64,000 bases of DNA from Octopus sinensis (GCF_006345805.1 NC_043001.1:8184001-8248000), one strand, 5' to 3'; counted from the first letter of the stretch, positions 14,562 to 25,765 are shown. Numbers and translations: made by a program. Notes: a model not told the origin generated them from the letters alone.

Positions 14562-15473
14562 ATGTCCAGAGCATGGAGACGTGACGAGCTGGATTTATTC
14601 GTACGAGCATGGGAGTGCGCCGGCGGAGATAGCCCTAGGGAGGTGATTGCGGCTGCGCTGAAGAGCAGAGGCTACAAGAGGACAGCGGCTCAGATGGAGC
14701 GAAAGAGACAGGAATTCGTGCGCTCATATGCGCTTGTACGGTCGCACATTGGCGCACTTGATGCCATCTTTGAGAACGAGCGGAGCAAAGATGGCAAGAA
14801 TGGAGACGATGAAAGAAGTCACCCCCACCTGGTGGACGCCCGGGAGGAGGTTTTGAATGAGAAACCTGCCCGGGAAGTGAACCCAGGTGCAAGTTCTCCA
14901 ACCGGCAGCAAGGGCCATGGAGACGGAGAACCCGGTGAAGAGGTAGAGGGAGGAAGAAGAACTAAAAGAAGGACTGGAAGAGCTAAAGGAAAAGAAAAAG
15001 CTCAAGCTGGACCAAAGAGTGAAACAACCAGAAATAGAAGTGGAACCGCAAAGGATGGAACCAAACAGCGCACACGGGTGTGTATGTTCTACCTGAGAGG
15101 TTCCTGCTGGCATGGAAAGGAAGGTGCAGGCTGCCGCTTTGCACATCGGGGACCCTGCCACAGAGACACGAGGCAGATGGACAAACCATCAACACAAAGA
15201 AAAGGGATGGACCACGCACCACCTGCCCCAAATCGGAGGTACGCAGATGTTGTGCGCGCCACAAACAGCCAACATGATGTTGTCGAAAGAGCAGCTGCTG
15301 AGCAACAATCTTTTTTGTGCATGGCACAAAAGATTGTACAGCAGCTGACCTGGCTTCATCAAACCCAAGCCCGCAGGTGGGACTACCCACTATATACCAG
15401 ACCACCACAGCAAACAGACACAGGATGGACACCGCCGGCAACAACGTACACCTCACCTCGATACTCCTACTGA
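14562..15473 (+). CDS. LINE-A ORF1p, 303 aa: N-terminal Myb/SANT-like (trihelix) domain, basic low-complexity linker, CCCH zinc finger
   Basis: RAWRRDELDLFVRAW...IAAALKSRGYKRTAAQMERKRQEFVRSY fits the trihelix/Myb_DNA-bind_4 pattern. CMFYLRGSCWHGKEGAGCRFAH (15081-15146) is C-x7-C-x8-C-x3-H. Both are conserved in LINE-B. Confidence 0.85.
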   Translation: MSRAWRRDELDLFVRAWECAGGDSPREVIAAALKSRGYKRTAAQMERKRQEFVRSYALVRSHIGALDAIFENERSKDGKNGDDERSHPHLVDAREEVLNEKPAREVNPGASSPTGSKGHGDGEPGEEVEGGRRTKRRTGRAKGKEKAQAGPKSETTRNRSGTAKDGTKQRTRVCMFYLRGSCWHGKEGAGCRFAHRGPCHRDTRQMDKPSTQRKGMDHAPPAPNRRYADVVRATNSQHDVVERAAAEQQSFLCMAQKIVQQLTWLHQTQARRWDYPLYTRPPQQTDTGWTPPATTYTSPRYSY

Positions 15474-18421
15474 ACATCAGAGGACTGCAAACACTCAGTA
15501 ACAGGACAAAGATCCCGTTCCTGAGAGACTTTGTTGCATGCAATCAAGCCTTATGCATAGCACTTACAGAAACGCACCTGAAACCGGACATAGCAGATGC
15601 GGAGTTACACATACCACAGTATGCTGTACTACGGACCGACAGGAAAGAAAGGAGTCATGGAGGTGTTGCTATGTACATCCGTGAGGACCTCACACCCCAG
15701 GTCCTCTTGTCATACTCAAACTCGGTGTGTGACACACTAATTGTACATATTAGGCAACTTGATGTAGTTGTGTGTGCTACATAAAGCCCTCCAGATGCCC
15801 CAAGCCATGTGGGCAAGTTTGAAGACTGCCTTATAAAAATAGAAGAAATTCTAACCACATTAGAACAACACATAGGTGTGCTTCTTATGGGAGACTTCAA
15901 TCTGCCCAATGTCAGATGGCCCGAGGGCCTTTCTCTCCCAGGAATGACAAGATGTGAACGAGGACAGGCGAGGTCCCTCCTGAACCTCATCAACACCCTG
16001 TACATGGAGCAGGTAATACTCCAACCAACCAGGGCAGGTAACACACTGGATCTCTGCTTCACAAATGACATGGATCTCATCCATAATGTGAAAGTGACAC
16101 CGACACTACTCTCGGATCACAACATGATAGAGCTGACCATGTACGGGCCAAAAGAGAGCACGGACATGCAGCCTACAAGAAACCCTCAAAATCTTTCCAG
16201 CTTGAACTACCATAAGGCAAACTGGAAACAAATTGAGAAAGAGATCCTCAAACAAAACTGGCCTAAATGTCTCTCCTCGCCAGACATCGACGTGAAACTT
16301 CAACAATTCATGTCTGTAATGCAAGCCATATGCTACAAATGTGTCCCAGAGAGAAAGGCCACTGTACACAAGAACAAAATCCCCAGAGAGAGGAAAATTT
16401 TAATGAGACGGCGTACGAAATTTTCAAATCGCCTAAACAAACAGATTGAAAGCAGTGAAAAGTCCCGCCTAAAAATAAAACTGTTGGAAATCGAAAAATG
16501 TCTGCAACTCTCCCATGAAAAAGAAAGAGCAGACAAAGAAGCCTGGGCTATAGAAAACATAAAATCTAACCCCAGAGCTTTCTACAGGTATGCCAAAGAA
16601 ACAGCTACAGTGCACTGTAGAATAGGGCCACTCCTCGAAAAGGATGGCACACTTACAGGAAAACCAATGAGGGTAAGTGAAATACTGAATGAGCAATTCA
16701 AGAGTGTTTTCACTCCACCCCTTGGGCATCTCCAAATCACCAATCCAACTGACTTTTTTACCACTGCAGATATAAAATCAGAGGCGGCGACGATAGATTA
16801 CATCGATATAAAGGAAGACGATGTAACCAAGGCTATAGATGAAATGAAAACAGACTCAGCTACTGGCCCCGATGGATTCCCGGCAATCCTCCTAAAAGCA
16901 TGTAAGAGAGTCCTAGCAAGACCACTGCAGTTCCTCTTTCAGAGCTTCCTTGCAGCTGGCAAACTTCCAGGAAAACTGAAGGAAGGTAAAATATGCCCCA
17001 TTCATAAAGGAGGTAGCAGAGCGGAAGCCAAGAACTATAGACCTATCTCTCTGACCTCACATATCAGCAAGGTCATGGAACGAATAGTCAGAAGGAAGCT
17101 GATCACCTTCCTTGAAGAGAATGACTTGCTGCCCGACACCCAACATGGTTTCCGACCAGGGAGAAGCTGTTTAACTCAGCTCCTACAACACTATGACTGG
17201 GTGCTGAAACGGCTGCTCAACCACTCAAATGTGGAAGTCATATATCTCGACTTTGCAAAGGCCTTTGATAAAGTCGATCATGGAATGATATGTCACAAAC
17301 TGCGTGATCTCAACATAGTTGGAAAACTGGGAGAATGGCTTCATGACTTTCTGAAGGATAGAAGTCAGGTGGTAGTAGCCAATGGGGCCACCTCCATTAA
17401 CACACAAATAGTGAGCGGTGTTCCGCAGGGCACTGTTCTGGGACCACTACTGTTCATAATGGCCCTCTCAGACATGCCCTCAGCCACGCAGAGAGCCATG
17501 ATCACAAGTTATGCAGATGATACAAAAGTTTCACAGGCAATACAGAACCCTGAGGACACTAAACACCTGCAATGTGAGCTGGACGAAATATACAAGTGGG
17601 CTGAAAAGAATAGCATGCAGTTCAATGCTGGAAAGTTTCAAGCTTTATACTATCAGCATGCAAAACTGAATGCAATACCCAATGAATACACTGGACCCGG
17701 AGGGATTGCAATCCCAGAGGCACAATCAGTGTGTGACCTGGGTATTCACATGAGTGATGACGCGACCTTTCATGTACATGTTGCTAAACTGACAATGAAA
17801 TGTAGACGGCTGGCTGGATGGATTCTTAGAACCTTTAGAACAAGAGAACAAAAAACCATGATGGTCCTCTGGAAGACACTTGTCCTAAGCCACTTTGACT
17901 ATTGCTCTCAGCTATGGTCACCATCCAGTGTCAAGTTGATCACAGAACTTGAGGCGATCCAACGAAGCTACACAAAGAAGATAGCCTCTATGCAGAATGT
18001 AAGCTACTGGGAAAGACTCAAGAGATTAAAATTATATTCTCTGGAGCGTAGGCGGGAAAGATATGCCATAATATACATCTGGAAGATCCTGGAGGGAAGC
18101 GTCCTGAACTTTGGCATCGAGAGTTACGCAAATGCCAGAACTGGGCGCCACTGCGTGGTGCCTAGGACTCCGAACCTGCCATCAAGATGTAGGACAAGAT
18201 TCTGTGATAGCCTGGGCTTCCGAGGCCCACAGCTCTTCAATATCCTCCCGAAGAACCTGAGAGACCTGCATGGGGTGGATACAGATGTCTTTAAAATGAA
18301 GCTGGATCTCTTCCTGTCAGGTGTCCCAGATGAACCAACTTCACGACAGGAGGGGCAGATGAGGGCAGCTGCATCGAACTCTCTCATGCACCAAATAGCA
18401 GTTGCTAGAAAGCCTCCATGA
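15425..18421 (+). pseudogene. LINE-A ORF2p (APE endonuclease + reverse transcriptase), 998 codons with one in-frame TAA at 15782-15784
   Basis: Track ORFs 15317..15784 and 15809..18421 are in the same frame. APE motifs: LLNIRGL, ALTETHL, GDFN, SDH. RT motifs: GPDG, YRPISL, QHGFR, LDFAKAFD, GVPQGTVLGP, YADD. The stop replaces the Y of the YRPP motif (YRPP in LINE-B). Confidence 0.93.
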
Positions 18422-18849
18422 AGTGAAACCAAGTAGCAACACCAAATGGCGGTGCCCCAGCATGGCCACAGCTCATAAGCTGAAACTAGAATCAATCAAT
18501 CAGAATCAATCATATATATATATATACGCATAAACATGTGCCTATGTCTGTGTCTTTCTGTCTGACTGAGTATGTATCTTGGCCCAAATGCCGTATTTTG
18601 ATCGTCTTTCCTTTGTAGCCCACCGTTCTAAATCCCAATCTGCGTTGTTTTGTTTCGTTTAGTATCCTCTCGTCCCTCAATTCTCTCCGGAGAGAGACGG
18701 GGACGTAAACAAACTAGCATCGGTTCTCAAGTGACATTGGGGGACAAACAAGGACACACAAACATACACACTCCTACACACACATGCACACATACACACA
18801 CACACACACACACAACACACACACACACAACACACACACACACACACAC

Positions 18850-18892
<43 letters not shown>

Positions 18893-19706
18893 CATATGTG
18901 ACAATTAGTTGGTTGTCATAAGTATTCACCCTGAATTTTTTGTTTATATATATATATATTTGAAAGGGAAAATTGCAAATTGCATGTCATTATATAATGT
19001 GACATATATCGCGTGCACCCGTACACTGTGAATGAAATATATTATGTTGTACAAGATGTTACATATGGTAAATGCATCAATGCTTGTCCCGTCTTCCTGC
19101 CCTTCCTTCATGTTCTTCCGCATGCAAAGCTGACGCTTTCGTTCATCCATAATTCCGTTCTGAATCAATAACGTTTCGATACTTACAATAAGATTGCAAC
19201 TTTCTGTGAATGTCGCATAATGTCAAGGTAAAATTGGGTAATTAGGAGCACCCACTACAAAGAAGATCTTCTTCTGTCTCATATTTGATCAGCCATGTTC
19301 GACTCTTAAACTATTATTCTTACCCAAACGTCTGACTGTATACTGATGCAGTCTTTCCAACAACTGTTAGAGGCACACATCGTAATACGCTCTCGGATGC
19401 TGGAGGACTTCGTCCGCTCTATGCAAAGCCTTTTACCAATTTGATCATAAGAAACTAAACAAATTTTTTTTGCAGATCAAGCGATTTATTAAAGGCATTA
19501 TTATTGGTCCTTATTGTGTCTTATTATTTATGATAGATAAAGTGTTGGACAAAATGCTTACCGGCGCTTCCTATGTCGACATGTTCTGAGTACGAATTCT
19601 GCCGAGGTGGACATTGCCTTTAATATTTTGGTGGCGATAAAATAGGTACCACCTGAGCACTAGAGTCAATGGGAACGACTTACCTCCTATCAAGTTTTGT
19701 AATTTG

Positions 19707-19806
19707 CTTAGCACAGTGAAGAACGCGGGCTAGTAACCACAAAATGTCGAGTTCGATTCCAGGCAGTCACTTTAATAGTAATAATAATAACAACAACAAT
19801 AATAAT

Positions 19807-19871
<65 letters not shown>
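19707..19871 (+). mobile_element. tRNA-like head + (AAT)n of the tRNA/hammerhead element family (3' part absent after the Dong insert)
   Basis: GAAGAACGCGGGCTAGTAACCACAAAATGTCGAGTTCGATTCCAGGCAGTCAC followed by (AAT)n; homologous to 22612-22690 and 47181-47246. Confidence 0.75.
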
Positions 19872-19873
<2 letters not shown>

Positions 19874-20391
19874 TGACAGAAAGATAGATGCAAATAGGCC
19901 AGACATCATATTGCTAGTCTTCAAACAAAGAACATGCCTCCTCATTGATATGACTGTTCCAATCTATATAAACGTATCTGTCAAAAATTGTGCAAATATA
20001 AAGATCTTGAAATAGAAATCAGCAAAATGTGGAACCTGAAGACTAAAACAATACCTGTTGTCATAGGTACCCTGGGAATGATAGCAAAAGGGGCTGATCG
20101 CTACCTAACTCAGATACCAGGAAACCCCAAAATGGCAGAAATTCAAAAGATAGTGCTCATGGGAACTGCTCATATCCTACGCAAAATACTTTCTATTTAA
20201 TCTCAAGTTTTAAAACAAACATAAATTTCGTTTTTATTTTAGGCATTCACTAGTACAACACTAAATACAAAACCAAATATATGGCACACTAGGCATAACT
20301 ACAATACGAACTTCCAACCTGTTGTCTCTTGAGGTCTCTGGGTGAAACTTGGAGTCAACTTGTACAAAAATAAAGCAAAAGTCAAACATAG
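19872..20391 (+). mobile_element. 5'-truncated R4/Dong-type non-LTR element (restriction-like endonuclease domain + 3' UTR) inserted in (AAT)n
   Basis: Translates (with frameshifts) to DRKIDANRPDII..CLLIDMTVP..KYKDLEIEISKMWNLKTKTIPVVIGTLGMI..QKIVLMGTAHILRKILS*. (AAT)n lies on both sides. Confidence 0.85.
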
Positions 20392-21152
20392 AATAATAAT
20401 AATAATGTAAATAGATTTATATATTATATGAGAGTGTGCGTTTGTCTTTCAGTTTGTGTTTGCCTTCAACCACCGCTTGAAAATCGGTGTTTGGTTTCTC
20501 TACGCACCGATAACTTAGCAATTCGGAAAATAAGAATAATAGAGTAAGAACCAATATGTAAAATTAAAGAACTGGGATCGAACAGAACGATTAAATCTTT
20601 TAAGGTGTTGCCCCATAGTGGCCACAATCTAAACACTGAAATAAGTAAGTTATAACTATAAAAATATAACATATAATACATTTCTGCTATACTTTAATAT
20701 AAATCGTACCAGATTAATAGGCTTTAGCATGCAATAATTAAAATGCAAATTTGCCAAGAAACTCTTCAAAAAATCATTAAGCGTATTTACGCGTTTCGGA
20801 GTATTTATCAGCAAAAATATTTACGTATTATGGTGGAATTTACTGGTGCAGCGCATTCAGATTATATTATATCAGATAAAAGAAAAGGAACTCGTTGAGG
20901 TTGGATTTAAGAAAAGGATGTACAGCTGTCATATCTTAGCACGTCCTGCTATTCATTTTTAATATGATACTTCATAATTATTGCATAGATATTCTAGTGT
21001 ACCATTATTTTAGTATTTCGGAGACGATATTAACGTTCCTATTCATGTGATCTGCCACAAACTTGCTCCGAAAATATATTCCTGTACACAGACAGAGGCA
21101 ATGACACACACAGAGACCTGCACACAGACACTCCCGTCTTGTAAATATATAC

Positions 21153-21187
<35 letters not shown>

Positions 21188-21656
21188 CATAGACACAGAC
21201 ATATCTATACATGTAAGTATGTATCAATGTATATATATAAGCATATATACTTATATGTGTGAGTTTGTGCGTGCTTACATGAGTACTTGTGTACGTGAAC
21301 AATTTACGTTTTAGGAGTATATATTGCAAATTAATAAAGAAATGTCTTTCAAATTTTGCATTCATTAATCGATAAATCGATTTTGGTATAATTAACCGAA
21401 AGCATGTTTTAGAATATTCATGAATAACTTCAATATATAGGTACATAATAATTAATTTTCGACCTATTGTCAGGCCTTTATGAAGCGAAGCATTTTTGTT
21501 TTTTTGTTACTTTTATTGTCGAGATAAATTTTCATAAATAAAAGGTACACCAATGAATATATAATAAATGTTGTAGATTTGTTTAAATAATTAAAAAACG
21601 ACAGTCACATGGCATAAACGAGTTTTATGCGAACTCCATTTTCTCTATATATTTAT

Positions 21657-22078
21657 TTCTTTATAGCCCACAAGGGGCTAAATATAGAGGGGACAAACAA
21701 GGACAGACTGAGGGATTAAGGCGATTATATCGACTCCAGTGCGTAAGTGGTACGACCTCGGCGTAATTCGAACTCAGCACGTAACGAAGGAAGGCATACC
21801 GCTAAGCAATTCGCCCGGCGTGCCAAGGATTCTGCAAGCTCACCGTCCTGATTTTTTTCTATAAATTCTTTTCTACTCTAGGCACAGGTCCCGAAATTTT
21901 TGGGGAAGGGACCAGTCGATCAGATCGACTCCAGTACGCAACTGGTACTTATTTAATCGAGCCAGAAAGTATGAAATGCAAAGTCGACCTCGGCGTCATT
22001 TGAACACAGAACGTGACGACAGACGAAATAAAACTAAGCATTTCGCGCGGCGTGCTAATCCTTCTGCTAGCTCGCCAC
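21657..22078 (-). mobile_element. Two tandem tRNA-derived SINEs, family 3 (21657-21845 and 21865-22078); another copy at 19543-19700 (+)
   Basis: Sense heads GGCGAGCT.GCAGAA..TT.GCACGCCG.GCGAA.TGCTTAG and G.GTTC(G/A)AAT..CGCCGAGGTCG. The second copy has the central GCATTTCATACTTTCTGGCTCGATTAAATAAGTACCAG segment. The two 3' tails differ. Confidence 0.75.
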
Positions 22079-22241
22079 GCTATTTTTTTTCTATATATTG
22101 AAAGCAAAATAAATGGGTACACACGGCTAATTCTATCGCCAGAAAAATACGGTTCATGCTGTTAATATCATTCGTTCTGCTGTTGGTTGTGCTTTCGCTG
22201 CCGTGACATTGAAATTTACAGTTTAAGGCTATATTTTTCCT

Positions 22242-22395
22242 TACAGTTCTATATTTAAGAGATGATGCATTATGTACATTATTTACACTATTTATTGGCT
22301 CTCATTCCTAAGATATTATTCGATGTTGTTGTTATTTTGTTGTTATTATTAGTATTATTATTATTATTAGTAGTAGTAGTAGTGGTAGTAGTAGT

Positions 22396-22433
<38 letters not shown>

Positions 22434-22702
22434 TAGTAGCAGTAATATTATCATTATTATTCTGACCACAGCTTGGAATCGATCTCTGAATTTTGGGGTT
22501 CATAGACCGCGCTTTTAATCATCTGCCATGTGCCCGTGGTAATCCTCTGGCAATATCCGAAGTGGAAGTGCATCACGAAGCGACTTCGGAAATCCATAGT
22601 TCCATTACCCTTGGGTATATGACGTAGTGGTAAAAAGCGCGGGCTACTAACCCCAAGTTTCCGAGCTCGATTCCAGGCAGTCAACTGAATAATAATAATA
22701 AC

Positions 22703-22750
<48 letters not shown>

Positions 22751-22912
22751 CATAATAATAATAATAAGAAGAAGAGGTTCGAAATTTCCCCAGGACACCT
22801 ATTTCAGCCGAAACGTTGTGTTAACAAAAAACAAGGTGAGGACAAATATCCGTCAAATGTAAATAATGTAAATAATGTACATAATTCCGCATCTCTTAAA
22901 TATAGAACTGTA
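22242..22912. mobile_element. Inverted pair of tRNA-headed/(AAT)n/hammerhead-remnant elements with 3' tails pointing outward
   Basis: Left (-): tail, linker, (TTA/TAG/CAG)n, head ending about 22535. A 73-bp spacer follows. Right (+): head 22612-22690, (AAT)n, linker, GACACCT..CAGCCGAAACGTTGTGTT, and tail ending GAACTGTA at 22912. Confidence 0.8.
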
Positions 22913-24313
22913 TAAATCTATTTGCGATAAATACACTGAAACGCTTAAATATTCTTAATGATTTTTTGAGCAGTTTCTTGGCAAATTTGCATGTTAATTA
23001 TTGCATGCTAATGCCCTTTATTTATGCCTTTCCTCGGACATCACTACCCCAAATTAAGTGGGTAATGCAAGTATGGATTTCCAAAGTCGCTCCATGATGC
23101 AATTCCACTTTGTATATCGTTTTAGGATTACCAGGAATTTTAGACCAATGAACAATGCATTTTGTTAGCGAGTTATGAACATATTACGTGAGTAGCTCTC
23201 TAGCGCGTAGCTAGTCATCTGGCTGAAATTACTTGAATGAGGTTTACATTGATGCAGGGAATTCCAAATGCAAAGAAATTTCAATACCAAAAATTGGTGT
23301 AAATAACCAATGGACATCTTAGTGCAAGGTAATTTTCCAAGAATTAATCTGTGTCATGTAAAATTTGCCCGTTTTCAGTCGAAAATTTGAGGTGTTTTTA
23401 AGAGAGCTTCATTGATCCTCAGTTTGATACTTGACGGTAGGTGAAATCTCCAACATGTTGTATTTCCTAATGTGGTTTTTTAATATTTGCCTTGCTGCAT
23501 GTGTACGTTGATGCAGATATGTAGATTTCGAATAATGTCTCCTTTGAAGAGATTGTCACACTTACCACATACTCATAGACAGAGTACGTAAACCCTCCGG
23601 TATTTCCTTATTATACACGGGACATTTGACTAGTGTGCACAACTCTCCTGTTCAATCACCATTTTCCGGATTGGAATACCCTGGAAAATAAATTGGAATT
23701 AAGTGGAAACTTTGGTCATCTAGTCACTCTCTTAGTCACCCGATTGAATTCTTACCGTTAATCTATCGAAATATTCAAGAAATACTTGACGGCAGAACGG
23801 GAGGTGTTTGTTATTTCTCAACATATATTTGTCTTTTTGCGTTTGGAGAAATTCATTGAGCAACTGTTATTTCCTAGCACTCTTTAGAGTCATTTGTATT
23901 AGCTGCCCTTTCTGCAACCTTCATGCAATCCTTGCGCAAATCTTTCGGAGTGATGAAATGATGCCGCATGACATCATCTTAATCCGATTAATTATTCTAA
24001 GAAAGTTATACAGTGTTGACATAAAACCAGCTCATTTGCACACATGCGACACAAAGTTACCAACTTGGAACTTACCTCCGTATCCCACTGTTCAGAGTTG
24101 TATTTACGCAGAAAATTCGAAATAAATTATGAACCATCTCTCTGTTCTTCATTTCTTTGTTTATGCCTAAAGTTCAATAAGCCAGTGGGCAATTTGATGG
24201 CTGCTGAAGAATTTCAAGCCTGATTTAAATATTACAGAAAGCCATGACAAAATTCACTAAACTGCACATATAGACACAGACGGGCACAGACACCGACACA
24301 CATACATGTGTTG

Positions 24314-24382
<69 letters not shown>

Positions 24383-25553
24383 TGTGTGTGTATGTGTGTG
24401 TGTGAGTGTGCGTGTGTATGTATAGATAGATAAATAGTCTGACATACATTTATACTTATACATACACAATGCACACTTACATGCATACATATATAGATAT
24501 ATACATACATAAAAAGGTATTTTCGGAAGCCCACATCTCCGAGTTCTTCTACAGATCTTAGGAAGACTGAAGGACCGCTGCAATAGGTGTGGGTATCTGA
24601 GAGGTTAAAATATTGAATAAAACCATAATTAATTGTTCCTCCTACTATAGTTTGTTTTACTCAAAGCCATGAACCTTTCACCACCGCCTCGTATGAAAGT
24701 CGCTGTACTCCGATCCGTTGTCTAACGACTTCTTGGGACACCCGTACGGCAAATATATTCTTCTTTCTCCTTCATACGCTTGGTAAACCGTATTTTCCAA
24801 ACGTTACTGAGGTCAGACATTATATCTCTCATTCTGCTGAACTTGCAACTGTACTCCAAGAATATTTCTCAGTCTTTGGGAATTTAAGAATGTTATAGGC
24901 GCTATTTCTCATTCTCTGACTAATTAAAACTATTCAATTATTATCTATTTGATGGCAAATTTTACATATTTACAGTTACAAATGCTTTCATGTTGTTAAT
25001 ATTTCTACAGCAGTCATAAATTCAGCATTTTCATAAAACGAGCTAATTAATCTAATTGTACATTCGCAAAATCTTGTAGACATTTCGTCTATTGCAGAAC
25101 TTTTCATTTATGTCCGTCGCAAGAACGAGAATCAGAACCAAAAATGCGACTGTTTGACGTATTCCAGCATTATGATAAGCAAACGGACTTTGGGAAAATT
25201 GCATGTCACATATTGCAGAGAGTTTAAATATCGCAGAGAACTGAAACATGAGAGAATTTAAGATATTAATGATAGATTTCCATTGCATGCTGGTAGACAT
25301 GCAACTTTACAGATACACAAATGAGTATATTCATAATTTCCATGATTTGATTATTTGTCTAATAAATCATATAATATAAAGTTTCTCGGATTAGCACAAC
25401 ATTCTTTATATGCATACTACTGAATAAGAATAATTGATATGCATATATGTATACACGTATGCATATGCACGGGTATGCAAACGCACACGTATATATATAT
25501 ATCGTCTTCTAAGAGTTATACGTTCTTGTCCATGTTGTATTTTTCTACATACC

Positions 25554-25596
<43 letters not shown>

Positions 25597-25710
25597 GTAC
25601 ATATACAGATAGATAGAGAGATAGAGAGATAAAAACATAGATTGACAAATAAATAAATAAATAAATAAATAGATAGATAGTCAGACAGATAGATACAGAT
25701 ATAGATATGT

Positions 25711-25765
<55 letters not shown>

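Larger units (their letters stand above)
12921..18511 (+). mobile_element. Near-intact CR1-group non-LTR retrotransposon (LINE-A): tandem-repeat 5' region, ORF1, ORF2 (APE+RT), short 3' UTR, (AATC)/(AGAATCAATC) tail
   Basis: Overlapping ORF1 and ORF2 with APE and RT motifs. C-terminal LERRRERY and GPQLFN..FK..LD motifs are of CR1/L2-group type. Tail AATCAATCAATCAGAATCAATC ends at 18511 against (TA)n. The 5' boundary is uncertain and taken as the start of the tandem array. Confidence 0.9.

Noticed and set aside
14635-15543. Long antisense ORFs over LINE-A ORF1 (likewise 36924..37478 and 37407..37970 over LINE-B)
   Set aside because: They are shadow frames of GC-richer coding or purine-rich low-complexity DNA, and are not conserved between the two LINEs.
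19040-19480. Possible decayed RTE-like coding remnant on the minus strand
   Set aside because: Resemblance was too weak to recover any clear motif.
22570-22582. ATCACGAAG resembling the U1 snRNA stem-loop I loop
   Set aside because: It is only a 9-nt match, no other U1 feature is present, and it is not conserved in the homologous copy at 23060-23132.
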